The notes beneath the pieces are model-generated. The model was not told the DNA's origin. It saw only the letters and a list, made by a program, of their open reading frames with translations, and searched no databases. A stretch of 63,529 bases of DNA, filler included, from Octopus bimaculoides (lineage: Eukaryota), in assembly GCF_001194135.2 (NCBI RefSeq). It is 7 parts of 5 records of this genome, joined end to end, with 100 filler letters (N's around TTAATTAATTAA, not from the genome) between each part and the next. Parts side by side here need not be neighbours in the genome. Positions count along the whole stretch, not along the records: positions 5,473 to 18,399 come from NC_068983.1; positions 18,500 to 30,214 come from NC_068981.1; 5 more parts are not named here. The stretch is one strand, 5' to 3'. Position 1 is the first letter of the stretch. Every line of letters begins with the position of its first letter. A program made the position numbers and the translations under genes. Positions 12,031 through 25,092 of this stretch are shown here, piece by piece.

Positions 12031-12669
12031 AGATATTCATATATTTTATGTAGCTATAAAAAATATTTTATGTATGCATGTGGCACATGTATATTTGAGT
12101 AAGCTAAGATGTAAGAATGCATGAAATAATTAAAAATTTCTAGATAATCAACAAAAAAAAAAAATAGCGATGGTTCTCTATTGCTAAAGGTGAAAAATGT
12201 TTTATTTGGTTTGAGGTTCTGTGAAAAAGGATGAAATGAACTCATGGGAGATAAAATAAGCAAAGGATATATCCTTGGCTTCAAAGTATTTGAGATGCTG
12301 TAAGGCAGCAAGAGTTTGGTGAAAATATATGCATTCAGATTAGTGGTTGGTATTTGTGTTGTGTTGGAATATGTGCAGGGTTTTTTTGGCTGAGAACAGG
12401 GGTGTTGGGTAGATGCCAAAACCCTTAAGTCCATGTTTGGGTGCATATGTGTGTGCATGTTTATTTGTGTATGTTTTGGTTACACACTTTGCTGGGTTCT
12501 TAGGATGTGGTGGTGGGAGGGTCAAAGATGGAGAATCTAGTGATTATAATCATGATGGTACTCATAAATAAGATAATATATATACCTTCTCTCATGTGAG
12601 CAAGGGCTAAAAATCTCATTCCAGGACTTAAAGTAGATGTCCCGGAACTTGTTACTTTTAAAAATACCA

Positions 12670-12975
12670 ACCTCTAACCACCTTGGGTAAGTCTTCTACT
12701 ATAGCCCTGGGTTAACCATTGCCCTGTGAGTAAATTTGGTAGACAAAACCTGTGTGGAATTCTATCACATATGTGTTTGTCCCAGACTCACCACTGCCTG
12801 AAAATTGATAGTTGTTTGTTTACATCCCCATAACTTAGAAGTTTGGTAAAAAAAAAAAAAAAGACTGATGGAATGAGAAACAGACATAAAAAATAAGTAC
12901 TAGTGTTGATTTGTACTAGCATTCATTACAACAGTTCAATGACCAAAACAAGTAAGATAAATAAAAAGAATAAAA
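12670..12975 (+). mobile_element. Degenerate SINE family A
   Basis: ccttgggtaagtcttctactatagccc...gtgagtaaatttggtagac...catccccataacttag...aataagtactag. Confidence 0.65.
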
Positions 12976-15089
12976 GAATATAAATTACACTCAAAACTCT
13001 GGCTGAGCACTTTAGTATAGAAAGAGAAAAGTGCAGTAAATTTCAATCTGACACACCCGAGATTCAGTAATTGAGTCTCTTAAAAACATACAAAATCTTT
13101 CCAGCCTGCTACATTTTTATGCCTCGCTGATAAGTGTATACTTACATGAAATCTGAAACCTCATGGTCTGAGAAGATATGCTTATATCAACATTTTATGT
13201 ATCTGTTTTTACATGTATATTGCATATTGAATATATAATACGTATGTGTTTTAGTTCGCTATGTAGCATAGACTACAAAATTTAAACTGACCAGTACTGA
13301 GAACACTGTCTCTTTACCACAGAATAGAATATACTGAAACATATTTCTAAATAATATAACTATATAAAAAAATGCGTTCATGCATGCATCTATCCATCTA
13401 TACATACATACATACACACATACATATGCATACAAACATATACAGATATAAATATGCAGACACATGTATATATTTGTGCGTGTGTGTGTGTATGAATGCA
13501 TATATATATATATACATTTCCTTCTCTGAGTGTCTTATTAATACTTTGCCTGTACCACATCTTCGTGTTGTTTTTTTCTTCTCCTTTTTTCTCCGTTTTT
13601 TTTATTAATTATATATATATATANNNNNNNNNNNNNNNNNNNNNNNNNNNNNNNNNNNNNNNNNNNNNNNNNNNNNNNNNNNNNNNNNNNNNNNNNNNNN
13701 NNNNNNNNNNNNNNNNNNNNNNNNNNNNNNNNNNNNNNNNNNNNNNNNNNNNNNNNNNNNNNNNNNNNNNNNNNNNNNNNNNNNNNNNNNNNNNNNNNNN
13801 NNNNNNNNNNNNNNNNNNNNNNNNNNNNNNNNNNNNNNNNNNNNNNNNNNNNNNNNNNNNNNNNNNNNNNNNNNNNNNNNNNNNNNNNNNNNNNNNNNNN
13901 NNNNNNNNNNNNNNNNNNNNNNNNNNNNNNNNTATATATATATATATATATATATATTAATTATAACTGAAAGGCTTCAATTTCTAGTACTCTGAATTGC
14001 TCATTTTTGCACATCACCAGGTAAACCAAGCCTGGTTTTCTTTTGAATATTCACTGTCTGAAAATTTTCCGAGATATGAAATGAAAGCTTAAAGGAAATA
14101 CTTATCATTATGTTCTTTCAACCTTTGTGAATGACATGTGCGAAAGTAGCAGCTTCAAGCTCATGCTTTTTATTTTGTTTCTGGTTCTCACAGTAATATT
14201 ATTATAAACATCATAAACAACATACAGTCAAAGTCATGAAATTGTGTTGCTGTTTAAGCAATGTTCCAAAATAATATTTTTAAGTAATACTTTTAATTGA
14301 TGTTTTTAAAAACAATAATTATATATGTATGTATTCAATTTGCATGTGCCTGTACAGACGCACACATATGGATACATGTACACTCATGGATACACATATA
14401 TACACAGTATAATATATTTATGCATACAATGTATACATACATGTACATATATATGTATACATAAGCTCACATGCAAACAAGCACAAACACATATATTAAA
14501 TCATATATCAATAAATCCTATTAATTAAACATTTCGAAAACTGATGTTTTTTTCTGAATCAGAACAAAACAAGGAAACTTGTATCTGCATAACAGATAGT
14601 TAACTACATGCATACAAGACATTAACATTTCACTTCTTTTGTTCAAACTGTTAGTGCTCTGAGTAAATATTCTGTTTTTTGCTTCAACAAAGGTCACACA
14701 ACATCTTTGATTTGAAGCTCTCATTCCTGTAAAATAGACCATGTAATTTTGAATTGGGGAGGATTTGTCTCATGCAAGAAACATGTAAACTTATACAAAA
14801 ATGTAATGCATTTTCTGTTGGGGCTGATAAATGAATGTTTACGCTTGTAATAATGATTTTTGAATGTGAATTCCATTGCCCCAGTATATGTCTTAAGTTG
14901 ATCACTGCAATTTGATTCAACTTTTGCAGTTTTTTTTAATGTGGCCTGGTTCCAGGCACAGGTGACACTTGTGGTGGGGGGGGGGGGGGGGGGGCGCATC
15001 CCTCAAGAATCACCAGATACCTAGAACTGGCCATTTTAAGAAAATCTGGAAACACCAGCTACTTACCATACAGCCACTCCTGCTATATA

Positions 15090-15995
15090 CAGGGTGCAAG
15101 GGGTAAATTATTGCCATTTTGTATTTTTGATTTCATGCATGCACATCGTTTGTTTTTTTATTTTGTTGACTATAGAGTATAAGAGTATAGTAGGGTCAGT
15201 TCGGCACCATCTGTGAGAAAAGCAGTATCATGATGCAGTTCAATTTGCCAGAAATTTATAAACAACATGCTGTACTGCTTGGCATTCATGTCAGAAGCTC
15301 CAATATGAACATCTGAGGACAGTGCAATCTGAGGACTTGTACCAAGAGTGATAAAAATCAAACACCAGTCAATATCATGATGTTTGGAGTGATTACTAGT
15401 GTTGGTGACGTTATGCCTCCATTCAACTGCCCACATGGCATCAGACTCAACATGGAGGCTTACATCAAGTGCCTGGAGGAGGTAGTGCTATCCTGGTTCA
15501 AGAGGGTGACTGCTGGAAGACACTATGTCTAGCAATAGGACTCTGCACCATGCCACACAAACACAGGAACCCAGTCATGGCTGTCAGACAATTTTTGCGA
15601 CCACATCACCCCTAACATCTGGCCACCTAACTCCCCAGACTCCAACCCCCTTGATTATTATGTGTGGAGCACAACTGAGTGAGACTCCTTGTTCTATATT
15701 TAAAAGATGAGGAATTGTGTACATTATTTACATTTGACGGATATTTGTCCTCATCTTGTTACACCAAAGATGAACTGAAGGCAAGGAATATGGCAGCATT
15801 CACCAACTTAAACAAGGAGACCACCCAGAAGAGTTGTAGAAGATTCCAAAGTCAGTTAGAGGCATTGGTTGAAGCCAATGGTAATTTTATTCTTTAGTAT
15901 TTCAAGATATTTTTTATGTAATTTTGTTAAAATGAGATGTCAGCATCGTTTTCAGTTTTGCATAATTTAGATGACAGTTTATTCCCTGCACATTG
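15090..15995 (+). mobile_element. Internally deleted maT/DD37D element with imperfect TIRs and TA flanks
   Basis: TA|CAGGGTGCAAGGGGTAAATT at left versus reverse complement TA|CAATGTGCAGGGAATAAACT at right; encodes IMMFGVITSVGDVMPPF...AYIKCLEEVV...DSAPCHT...WPPNSPDSNPLDYYVW with stops. Confidence 0.85.
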
Positions 15996-16007
15996 TATAC
16001 ACACACT

Positions 16008-16043
<36 letters not shown>

Positions 16044-16081
16044 TGTGTGTGTGTGTATGTGTGGGTGTGTGTGTGTGTGTA

Positions 16082-17364
16082 TCAGGTCATTAAGAATGAA
16101 ATATCTGATTTTCTTATGCACCAAGTTTGACAGTCATTAACACTAATGTTTTATCTTGACAATTCTTTGTTTTACAACATTGAAGAGTTATATCATCACT
16201 TTTCGAAATGCAATTCATAGTGTCTGATTATATTGTGAGCTTCCTCTTGTAAATCAGTTTTTGTGAGCCCATTGATAAATAAAAAATTCGCATTGTTTAT
16301 GAATATGAGTTCTATTGTGGAACCAATGCATCCCAGACAGCTCAAAACATCAACAAGGTGTTTGGTGAAGATGTGGCAAATGAGTGCACTGTGCATCGAT
16401 GGTTTGAGAAGTTCCAATCTGGTGACTTCACTCTTGAAAATCATTCCCATGGTAGACCTGAGACTAAGGTGGATAATGATGAGCTGGAAACTGTAGTGGA
16501 AGTGGATACATCTCAAACTACGAAGTGAGTTAGCAGCAAAGTTTGATGTTTTGATTCCACCTGCATTGGATCATCTGAAACAAATCAGCAAGGTAAAAAA
16601 GCTGGACAAGTGGGTACCACATGAACTGAACGAGCATCAAATGACACATTGTCTTGAAACTTGCTGTTCTTTGCTGTCACGGAATAAAATTGAACCATTT
16701 TTGCATCGTATTGTTACATATGATGAAAAATGAATTCTTTTCAACAATAGCAAGCACTCTGGTGGTTGGATAGAGGCAAAGTGTCAAAACACAATCCAAA
16801 AAAGAATATTCACCATAAAAATGCTAATTGTGTCTGTTTGGTGGTCCAGCGCTAGTGTCATCCACTACAACTTCATGAGACCTGGTAAGTCAATTACAGC
16901 AGATGTATACATCAACCAGCTGGATAAAATGATGAGTGAACTTGAAATTAAACAACCGAGATTGGTCAATAGAGACAGGCCAATTCTCTTGCAAGACAAT
17001 GCTCGACCACATGTTGCACAAAGAAGGCTACTCAAGTTACAGGAACTGAACTTGGAAGTACTTTGTCATCCACCATACTCACCAGACCTTGCAGCAGCTG
17101 ACTATCACGTTTTCCAGGCATTAGACAACTTTTTGTATGGAAAACACTTCAAATCTGAAGAAGATGCAAAAACAGCCTTTTGTGATTTCATCACCTCTTG
17201 CTCTCCAGAATTCTTCGCTGCTGGCATAAATAAGCTACTGATAAAATGACAACATTTTGTTGATAATTTAGGTGCATACTTTGATTAACTGCATTGTTTT
17301 TTGTTGAGATAAAGTAAAATATACTTTCAGTTCAAAATCGGACATTTCATTCTTAGTGACCTGA
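16082..17364 (+). mobile_element. Full-length (about 1.28 kb) defective mariner (DD34D)
   Basis: TIRs TCAGGTCA(T/C)TAAGAATGAAAT(A/G)TC(T/C)GATTTT at both ends; WVPHEL, IVTYDEK, LLQDNARPH and HPPYSPDLA motifs, broken by stops and frameshifts. Confidence 0.93.
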
Positions 17365-18357
17365 TGTACATATATATAAGATATGAGGAGTTTAGGTCAA
17401 GATAATAGGTACGCATTCTGAGTGGTCAAATAGATGTACCTACCTGTTTGTACCATTTTTACAATTCATCATGTAGCTAAATTACTAGATTGAATTTTTT
17501 TTAATCAAATGTCCTTGTCCTCTCTTGACTAACTGTTTGCCTTTCCTCACTATTTTATATATATATGTAAAATTGGATGTATGCTATGCAGTAACTATTT
17601 TCTGGAGACATATTTCCGAAATTAGCGCGCCAAAACGAAGACATTTGATTTTTACCAGTTCGTTGTAATTAACAGAACCATATACACGTTTGCCTCTAAG
17701 GGTGAGCAACTTGTATAAGATTCTGGGAATTATGACTAGCAGTTCGCGCTGAAGATGGAGCAGATTTTCTCGGTAAGAGATTTTTAACTCCGAAACCTGT
17801 TCCGCGAATAACTTTTTAATTTTATGTATGTAATTTTCAGTGTCTTGCTCGCTTACAGTTTGGTATTTCCCTGAATTTCTTTTGAGAACTACTAGGTCTT
17901 AGTAGACACAACATGTGGTCTATTTCTAGCATATTAAATGTCCACTTTACTGGTCAACTTCATATATATAAAAATATATATATATATATAAGGCAGGATG
18001 GACCTCCAAAGTGGAAACAGCTGTAAGAGTATAGTATTATTCACTCATTTATTCTTATTCATTTATTTATTTATTTACTTTTTTATTTACTTATTTATAC
18101 ATATGATTGTAATTAATAAATAGATCAAATTGATGTTTGCAGGCTGATGTTTGTTAATTAATTATCCTCTACATTTTCTTCTTTGCCTTATAAATTTTGG
18201 GTAAATTTCTGTTTACCTCCACTCATACCTATTATTCAATTGTGCTATTGCCTTGCAACAGTAAGCATTTGGATATAAATACATAGGTATACATCTAGTA
18301 GTATATTGGATATTTATTATCCCTTAGATGGTTGTTTAAACTCACATTCATATAGAC

Positions 18358-18399
<42 letters not shown>

Positions 18400-18499
18400 N
18401 NNNNNNNNNNNNNNNNNNNNNNNNNNNNNNNNNNNNNNNNNNNTTAATTAATTAANNNNNNNNNNNNNNNNNNNNNNNNNNNNNNNNNNNNNNNNNNNN

Positions 18500-18531
<32 letters not shown>

Positions 18532-18842
18532 TACATATGCCTGTCTTTGTGCATGTATGTATTTACATAATGGATATACGTATTTATATGATGTATAGAC
18601 TGATGTTTAAGCACGTCAACACCGATTATTATGTGTCCACACACTCACACACACACACCACTTTATTATTATATATGTGTGTGTGATATGTGTGTGTGAT
18701 ATGTGTGTGTGATATATGTGTAAATGTCAACGTGTGAATTACACGCGATTGTCTACTCTCGTTGTTGATTATATCAAAATATATGTATAGACATCTTTAT
18801 GACTATCCATCTATAAACACACATACATAGTTTCATATATAC

Positions 18843-18881
<39 letters not shown>

Positions 18882-18904
18882 TGCATATAGATAGATATAT
18901 GTCA

Positions 18905-19705
18905 CAAACTGCTTGATTTCGGCATAGTGGGAAAACTTGGAGTGGCTGCACGACTTTCTAAAAGATAGATATCAGGCAGTGGTGTCCAATGGGCTCACCT
19001 CAAAGGAAACACAAATAGTAAGTAGTATTCCACAGTGCACCGTCTTCGGGCAAATGCTATTTATAGTGGCCTTCTCAGACCTGTCATCAGCTTATCAGAT
19101 AGCTACCCCCGCTACCTATACAGATGTCACAAAATCTCTCAGACAATACAAAATCCTGGAAATATTGCGCATTTGCAACGGGAATTGGACACAATATGCA
19201 TGTGGGCTGAGGTCAACAACATGCAGTTTAATGCAGGACAATTCCAAGCCCTGCATATCCAAGCTGAACGACATGCAGATAGGATATACTGGCCTGGAAG
19301 GAATTGGAATCCCTGAATCAAAATCAGTGCATGACTTGGGCATTGACAGGAGCAATGATGCATCTTTCCAGGTGCATATTATTAATTTGATAATAAAATG
19401 TAGACGGCTAGCTGAATAGATCTTCTGGACTTTCAAAACAAGATAAAAGAATACAATGATGGTCCTTTGGATGGCGTACATCCTCGGCCGCTTAGTGTAA
19501 AATTAACGGTGGAGCTAGAAGAAATCCAACGAAGCTACGCAAACTGCAGCGTCTCAGTGCAACGTATCAGCCTCTGAGAAAGACTGAAAGATTTAAAACT
19601 CTTCTCCTTGGAACGAAGGCGGGAGTGATGTGCAATGATGTACATTTGGAAAATCCTGGAAGGCCTTGTACCAAACTTTGACATTGAAAGTTACACAATC
19701 AACAG
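18905..19705 (+). mobile_element. CR1/L2/jockey-group LINE RT 3' fragment
   Basis: WLHDFLKDRYQAVVSNG...SSIPQCTVFGQMLF...TYTDVTK (decayed SGVPQG.VLGP.LF and YADDTK), then WAEVNNMQFNAGQFQALH. Confidence 0.85.
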
Positions 19706-20289
19706 AACGGGTCCCACCTTGTCGTGGCTAGGACCTTGGGAAAGTGTCTTCTACCAAAGCCTTCTGAGTGGATTTGTTAGTAGACGGAAACTGAAAGAAG
19801 CTCGTTGTATATATGTGTGTGTGTTTGTGCGCGCGAGGTGCAATGGCCCAGTGGTTAGGGCAGCGGACTCGCGGTCAGAGGATCGCGGTTTCGATTCCCA
19901 GACCGGGCGTTGTGTGTGTTTATTGAGCGAAAACACCTAACGCTCCACAAGGCTCCGGCAGGGGGTGGTGGCGACTCCTGTTGTACTCTTTCGCTCCAAC
20001 TTTCTCTCACTCTTTCTTCCCGTTTCTTGAGTAACGCTGCGATGTACTGGCGTCCCGTCAAGCTGGAGGGCTAAGGTTTAAAAAGCCATGATCCTGGCTA
20101 AGCTTTAAAAAGACGCACAAATAACAAAAAAATATATATGTATGTATGTAAGTATGTATATATTTGTGTGTCTATGTTTTCCCCCCACAACATCACTTGA
20201 CAACCGATGCTGGCTCGGCAAAATAAACCGATAGAATAAGTACAAGGCTTACAAAGAATAAGTATAAGGCTTACAAAGTCCTTATAGTG

Positions 20290-20420
20290 GATGAGTCCTG
20301 CAGTACACCACCAAACAGTCACCATAACCTTTTTGAAGATCTCGGGTTTAGGGGAGTTTTTGAATGCTTCATTTTGGTCCAATGACTGCAAAAAACGTTT
20401 TGTATTATTGTACAAAATCC
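20290..20420 (-). mobile_element. Mariner transposase fragment
   Basis: PKPEIFKKVMVTVWWCTAGLIHY. Confidence 0.75.
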
Positions 20421-20459
20421 ACCCAATTTGGTGTCGTCTAGTAGCATAATTTGATCTGA

Positions 20460-21385
20460 GATCTATTCTAGGTTATTTAGAGTGGCCTAGCCCCGCTAAT
20501 TTGGTTGTTGTGTCTTGGTTGCTTTCAATATTTTTCCTCCTTTTAAGTTCAACATTATTTCTATTATCAACCACATCTCGTCAATTTCAGGAGGGACTTC
20601 CTCAATTTTAATTCTGGATGTCCTTTTCCAAGATAAGTCGGCAGTAACACCAGTTCTGCCGACTTCAGGGTTGTGGTTGAGTGTTTTAAAGACTCCGCTT
20701 CTGAAGCAAACCTCACATCCACCGTCCCAAAACATTTTGCTTTCTTTAAAAATTTCACCTCATTCCAAATTTGGCTTAGACATTTTTCGACGGCATCTCT
20801 ATTTTTTCGTTGCCACTGAAAAAGTCCGGAACCATACATTTTCCCTCTCGGTGCTTTCTCTCCTCCTCTGGGTATGTGTGTGTGTGTGGGGGTGGGTGGG
20901 GGGTGGTGGTGTCAATCTCACATTCGTCCCCTCCTGTAGTAATTCCATATATTTTTGAGTTTGTCCTGTATGACACTCACACCGTCGCTGTGGACTTGGA
21001 CTGCTGACGCGTAACTACCTCTTTGGGCCATGGCCGCGTAACCACTTTCGGTGTTTTGAGCTTCCGTTAAGTCGTTCTCCAGTTTAGGCGACTGCTCCAT
21101 GAAGTTGTCCATACACCGTATAAAGTAAAAGTTTCGCCCCTAAATGTGGGGGAAAACCAGCCATAAACACAAGCCTACAAATGCATATAGAGCGTCAAAA
21201 AGATGCAAAAATAACAGAAAACAAAAGGGAAAACCTACAAGATAAAACCAACAAGTACTTAGCTTCACAGCAGAAAATAAAAACACGTTTGTTGACAGGA
21301 GGATAAACATAGAGGGACAGTACAACGATGGAGAAAAACACGAAAGCGGGGGAAAAAATAAAACGGATGAGAAGAATGGTATACT
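20460..21385 (-). mobile_element. 5' end (UTR plus decayed ORF1) of a LINE, L1/Tx1-like
   Basis: From 21112: MDNFMEQ...GSYASAVQ, then via frameshifts FGTVDVRFASE...LLPTYLG.RTSRIKIEEVPPEI..WL, resembling RRM-type LINE ORF1 proteins. No ORF2 follows. Clade assignment is inference. Confidence 0.5.
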
Positions 21386-22100
21386 CTTTTACTCTTTTAC
21401 TTGTTTCAGTCATTTGACTGCAGCCATGTTGGAGCACCGCCTTTAAAAAATGAATGAAATTAAAGCAACTCAGACCTCACAATCCAAATTTTCGAGCAGG
21501 GAACCACTCAATTAGATCGACCTCAGTATGCAACTGGTACTTAATTTATCGAGCCCGAAAGGATGAAAGGCAAAGTCGACCACGGTGGAATTTGAACTCA
21601 GAGCGAAATGACAAACAAAATACTACTAAGCCCTTCGTCCAGCGTGCTAACGTTTCTAATTTCTTTATTACCCACAAGGGGCTAAACATAGACGGGACAA
21701 ACAAAGACAGACAAAGGGATTAAGTCGATTACATCGACCCCAGTGCGTAACTGGTACTTCATTTATCGACTCCGAAAGGATGAAAGGCAAAGTTGACCTC
21801 GGCAGAATTTGAACTGAGAACGTAACCACAGACGAAATACCGCAAAGCATTTCGCCTGGCGTGCTAAGGTTTCTGCCAGCTCGCCGCCTTGATAAAATAT
21901 ATATTCTTTTCTACTCTAGGCACAAGGCCTGAAATTTTGTGGGAGGGGACCCATCGATTAGATCGATTCCAGTACGCAATTGGTACTTAATTTATCGACC
22001 CCGAAAGGATGAAAGGCAAAGTCGACTCAGCGGAATTTGAACTGAGAACATTTAGACAAACAAAATACTGCTAATCATTCTGCCAAGTCGCCACCTTAAT
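21385..22100 (-). mobile_element. SINE family A tail followed by three head-to-tail family D units
   Basis: ctggtacttaatttatcgaccccgaaaggatgaaaggcaaagtcgac...ggaatttgaactcag repeated at about 21535, 21750 and 21980. Confidence 0.85.
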
Positions 22101-22252
22101 CTGCACACTATTACTGTTTCAGCATTCACCTGTTTTAATGAAAGCAAACTGTGGCCATAAGTTTAAAACAATGCAATTATATTTAAAACAATGTAGTAAT
22201 ATTTAGTTACATAGGACAGTTTTCTATACATACATTATATATACTTACTTAT

Positions 22253-22325
<73 letters not shown>

Positions 22326-23299
22326 AATATATATACATATATGTATATGTGTGTGTGTGTGTGTGTATGTACCTGTGTGTATTTGTATGTGTGTGTGTAT
22401 GTGTGTTTATACAGACTGGGTGGGAGAGTGGGAAGAGGCTTGCTGAAAGCGAAGGAGATGTTCTTGTTCGTTTTCCAGCGTTAAAATAGTTACTCTTTTA
22501 GTTTTTTTTTTATTGTTCTCTGTTATTGAAATAGAAAAGAACACGAGGAGAACCGTCTGGAACAAAGTTGAATATAAATTAAATTCTGTCAAGTTATTCT
22601 CTCCTGTGTAATTAGTAATTTTGTTTAATTAGTTTTCGTCGAACCCAATTAATGTTTATTATTTAATAAAACAGAAGATTACATTTAAAGAAGAAAAAAA
22701 AACAAAAACAGCAAGAGGCTGACTTATTAATCTATCTTGAGTTTTCATGTTTAGTCACCCGCAGGATGATAGCGAATAACTGCATATGCAGAAAAGAAAG
22801 TAAAAAGCAAGTCACGTGGCTTTATTCTTCGTGGTACACAATACAACGTACAAAGGAGACAAAATGAGATCGGAATTATCTCTTCAGAGGTTACCACCTC
22901 AAACGGATATAGGGGTGTAGACGCTACGTTTGATGAAACTCATCGACTCTTATTAACTCTTATTTCATTTTTTTTTTGTTATTTGTTCCAGTTATTGTAC
23001 TGCAGCCATGGAGTATCGCATTGGAAGAACAGGCGAAGAAATCGCATCTCCCAGTACTTATGTACGTTTTTTTAAGTCTCGTACATATTCTATCGGTTTT
23101 TATTTTTACCGACCTGCAATGTTAACGAGGACATGAACGAGTCAACATCGTTTTAATAAGGATTCATGCAAAAAAACACAAATACAAACACAAACGCAAC
23201 CACACACGCCCTCGCTCTCTCTCTCCCTCTCTCTCTCTCTCTCTTTCTGTCTGTCTGTTTGTCTGATTCTCTCTCTCTCTTTCTCACACCCACACACAC

Positions 23300-23331
<32 letters not shown>

Positions 23332-23384
23332 GTACATATCTGACGGTCCTTCGAAATACTTTCCGTTTACAAGGCTTTGATCGG

Positions 23385-23632
23385 CCCGGAACAGCAGCAG
23401 ACGACACTTGCCCCGAGCTGGCAGAAACGTTTGCACGCTGGGCGAAATGCTTTACAGTATTTCGTCTGCTGCTACGTTCTGAGTTCAAATTCCGCCGAGC
23501 TCGACTTGCCTTTCCTCCTTTCGGTTTCGATTAAATAAGTACCAGTTACACACTGGGGTCAATATAATCGACTTAATCCTTTTGTATGTCCTTCTTTATC
23601 CCCTCTGTGTAGCCCCTTGTGGGCAGTAAAGA
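23385..23632 (+). mobile_element. SINE family D, near full length
   Basis: gagctggcagaaacgtt (A-box-like)...gagttcaaattccgccgag (B-box-like)...gcctttcctcctttcgg...agtaccag...gccccttgtgggcagtaaagaa. Confidence 0.85.
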
Positions 23633-23670
<38 letters not shown>

Positions 23671-23672
<2 letters not shown>

Positions 23673-24190
23673 CTTCGTAATACAGTGTAGGTAAAAAATG
23701 CCCCGGAATCTTTAGTCATCTGTTAAGTCATAACAAGGACCTCAAACAGATAATACTTTCCTTAAGATGTGAGCTGTACCGAATAAGGCTGCTTTTTGCA
23801 AGACATTTAACTTGCATGGGATTTCCAGTTGCCTTGCCAGCTGATCACAGTCAGCAGACTAAGGGGACTCTTGTTTACTGATCATGCTTCAAGAACTGCG
23901 GAAGAATGTTACAATTCCAAGCAATGATGATTTTTGTAGGTGCTCTTTTTTTACATTCGTTTCAATCTTTTTTGAGTCATGTTGGTAGGTGAGTACTAAT
24001 ACTACCAATAGCACCACTCACCGTTGGTATCACGTCCATTTTCTTCGATGCCTACAATCTGCATATTTCTCACTTCAATTCATCATAGCTTTTTCTTCTT
24101 CTTTCTCTTCCATCCTGATATGACCATATCAATGTATGTCAATTATCTGACATGTTTCTTTTCTTTTCTGTTCACAAAAACAATGTCAGG

Positions 24191-24191
<1 letters not shown>
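23671..24191 (-). mobile_element. Two fused R4/Dong-clade non-LTR 3' ends (24191 to about 23845, and about 23845 to 23671)
   Basis: Minus strand: KPDIVFVN...CQIIDI...IPTVSGAIGSIS...EHLQKSSLLG, then DQLARQLEIPCKLNVLQKAALFGTAHILRKVLSV* with a 3'UTR running into (TAA)n. Confidence 0.75.
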
Positions 24192-24273
<82 letters not shown>

Positions 24274-24274
<1 letters not shown>

Positions 24275-24926
24275 TTATGTTTGACTTTTGTTTTGCATTT
24301 GTACAAGTTGGATCCAAGTCTCACCCAGAGACCTCAAGAGACAACAAGTTAGAAGTTCATGTAGGTGTTATGCCTAGGGTACCATATATTTGGATTTGTA
24401 CAGTTTTGTTCAAGTGAATGTTTAAGAAACCATAAGAAAATTATGTGTTTGCTTNNNNNNNNNNNNNNNNNNNNNNNNNNNNNNNNNNNNNNNNNNNNNN
24501 NNNNNNNNNNNNNNNNNNNNNNNNNNNNNNNNNNNNNNNNNNNNNNNNNNNNNNNNNNNNNNNNNNNNNNNNNNNNNNNNNNNNNNNNNNNNNNNNNNNN
24601 NNNNNNNNNNNNNNNNNNNNNNNNNNNNNNNNNNNNNNNNNNNNNNNNNNNNNNNNNNNNNNNNNNNNNNNNNNNNNNNNNNNNNNNNNNNNNNNNNNNN
24701 NNNNNNNNNNNNNNNNNNNNNNNNNNNNNNNNNNNNNNNNNNNNNNNNNNNNNNNNNNNGGAGGCATGATTTTTGTCTGAAGTCTTTCAGTATGATGTCT
24801 GGCCTATTTGCGTCTATCTTTCTGTCAGTTTGAATGGTGAAGTTCCAGAGGAGTGCAATGTGATCATTTTCAAGTACTGGGGGTGGTTTGTGTTCCCACC
24901 AGTTTTTATCATGGGGCAAGTCCAGG

Positions 24927-24927
<1 letters not shown>
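24274..24927 (-). mobile_element. 5'-truncated R4/Dong-clade element (RLE endonuclease end plus 3'UTR) flanked by (TAA)n; partly N gap
   Basis: WWEHKPPPVLENDHIALLWNFTIQTDRKIDANRPDIILKD (restriction-like endonuclease RPD motif); (TTA)n at 24192-24273 and 24928-25050 on the plus strand. Confidence 0.85.
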
Positions 24928-24983
<56 letters not shown>

Positions 24984-24984
24984 G

Positions 24985-25050
<66 letters not shown>

Positions 25051-25092
25051 GTAGTAGTAGTAGTAGTAGTAGTTGTTGTTGTTGTTGTTGTT
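24928..25092. repeat. Compound trinucleotide microsatellite (TTA)n-(GTA)n-(GTT)n
   Basis: Directly visible; representative of dozens of (CA)n, (TA)n, (GA)n, (TATG)n, (ATAG)n and (GATG)n tracts in the window. Confidence 0.95.

Noticed and set aside
17991-18030. Possible microexon ending GCT|GTAAGA
   Set aside because: No polypyrimidine acceptor; it is preceded by (TA)n.
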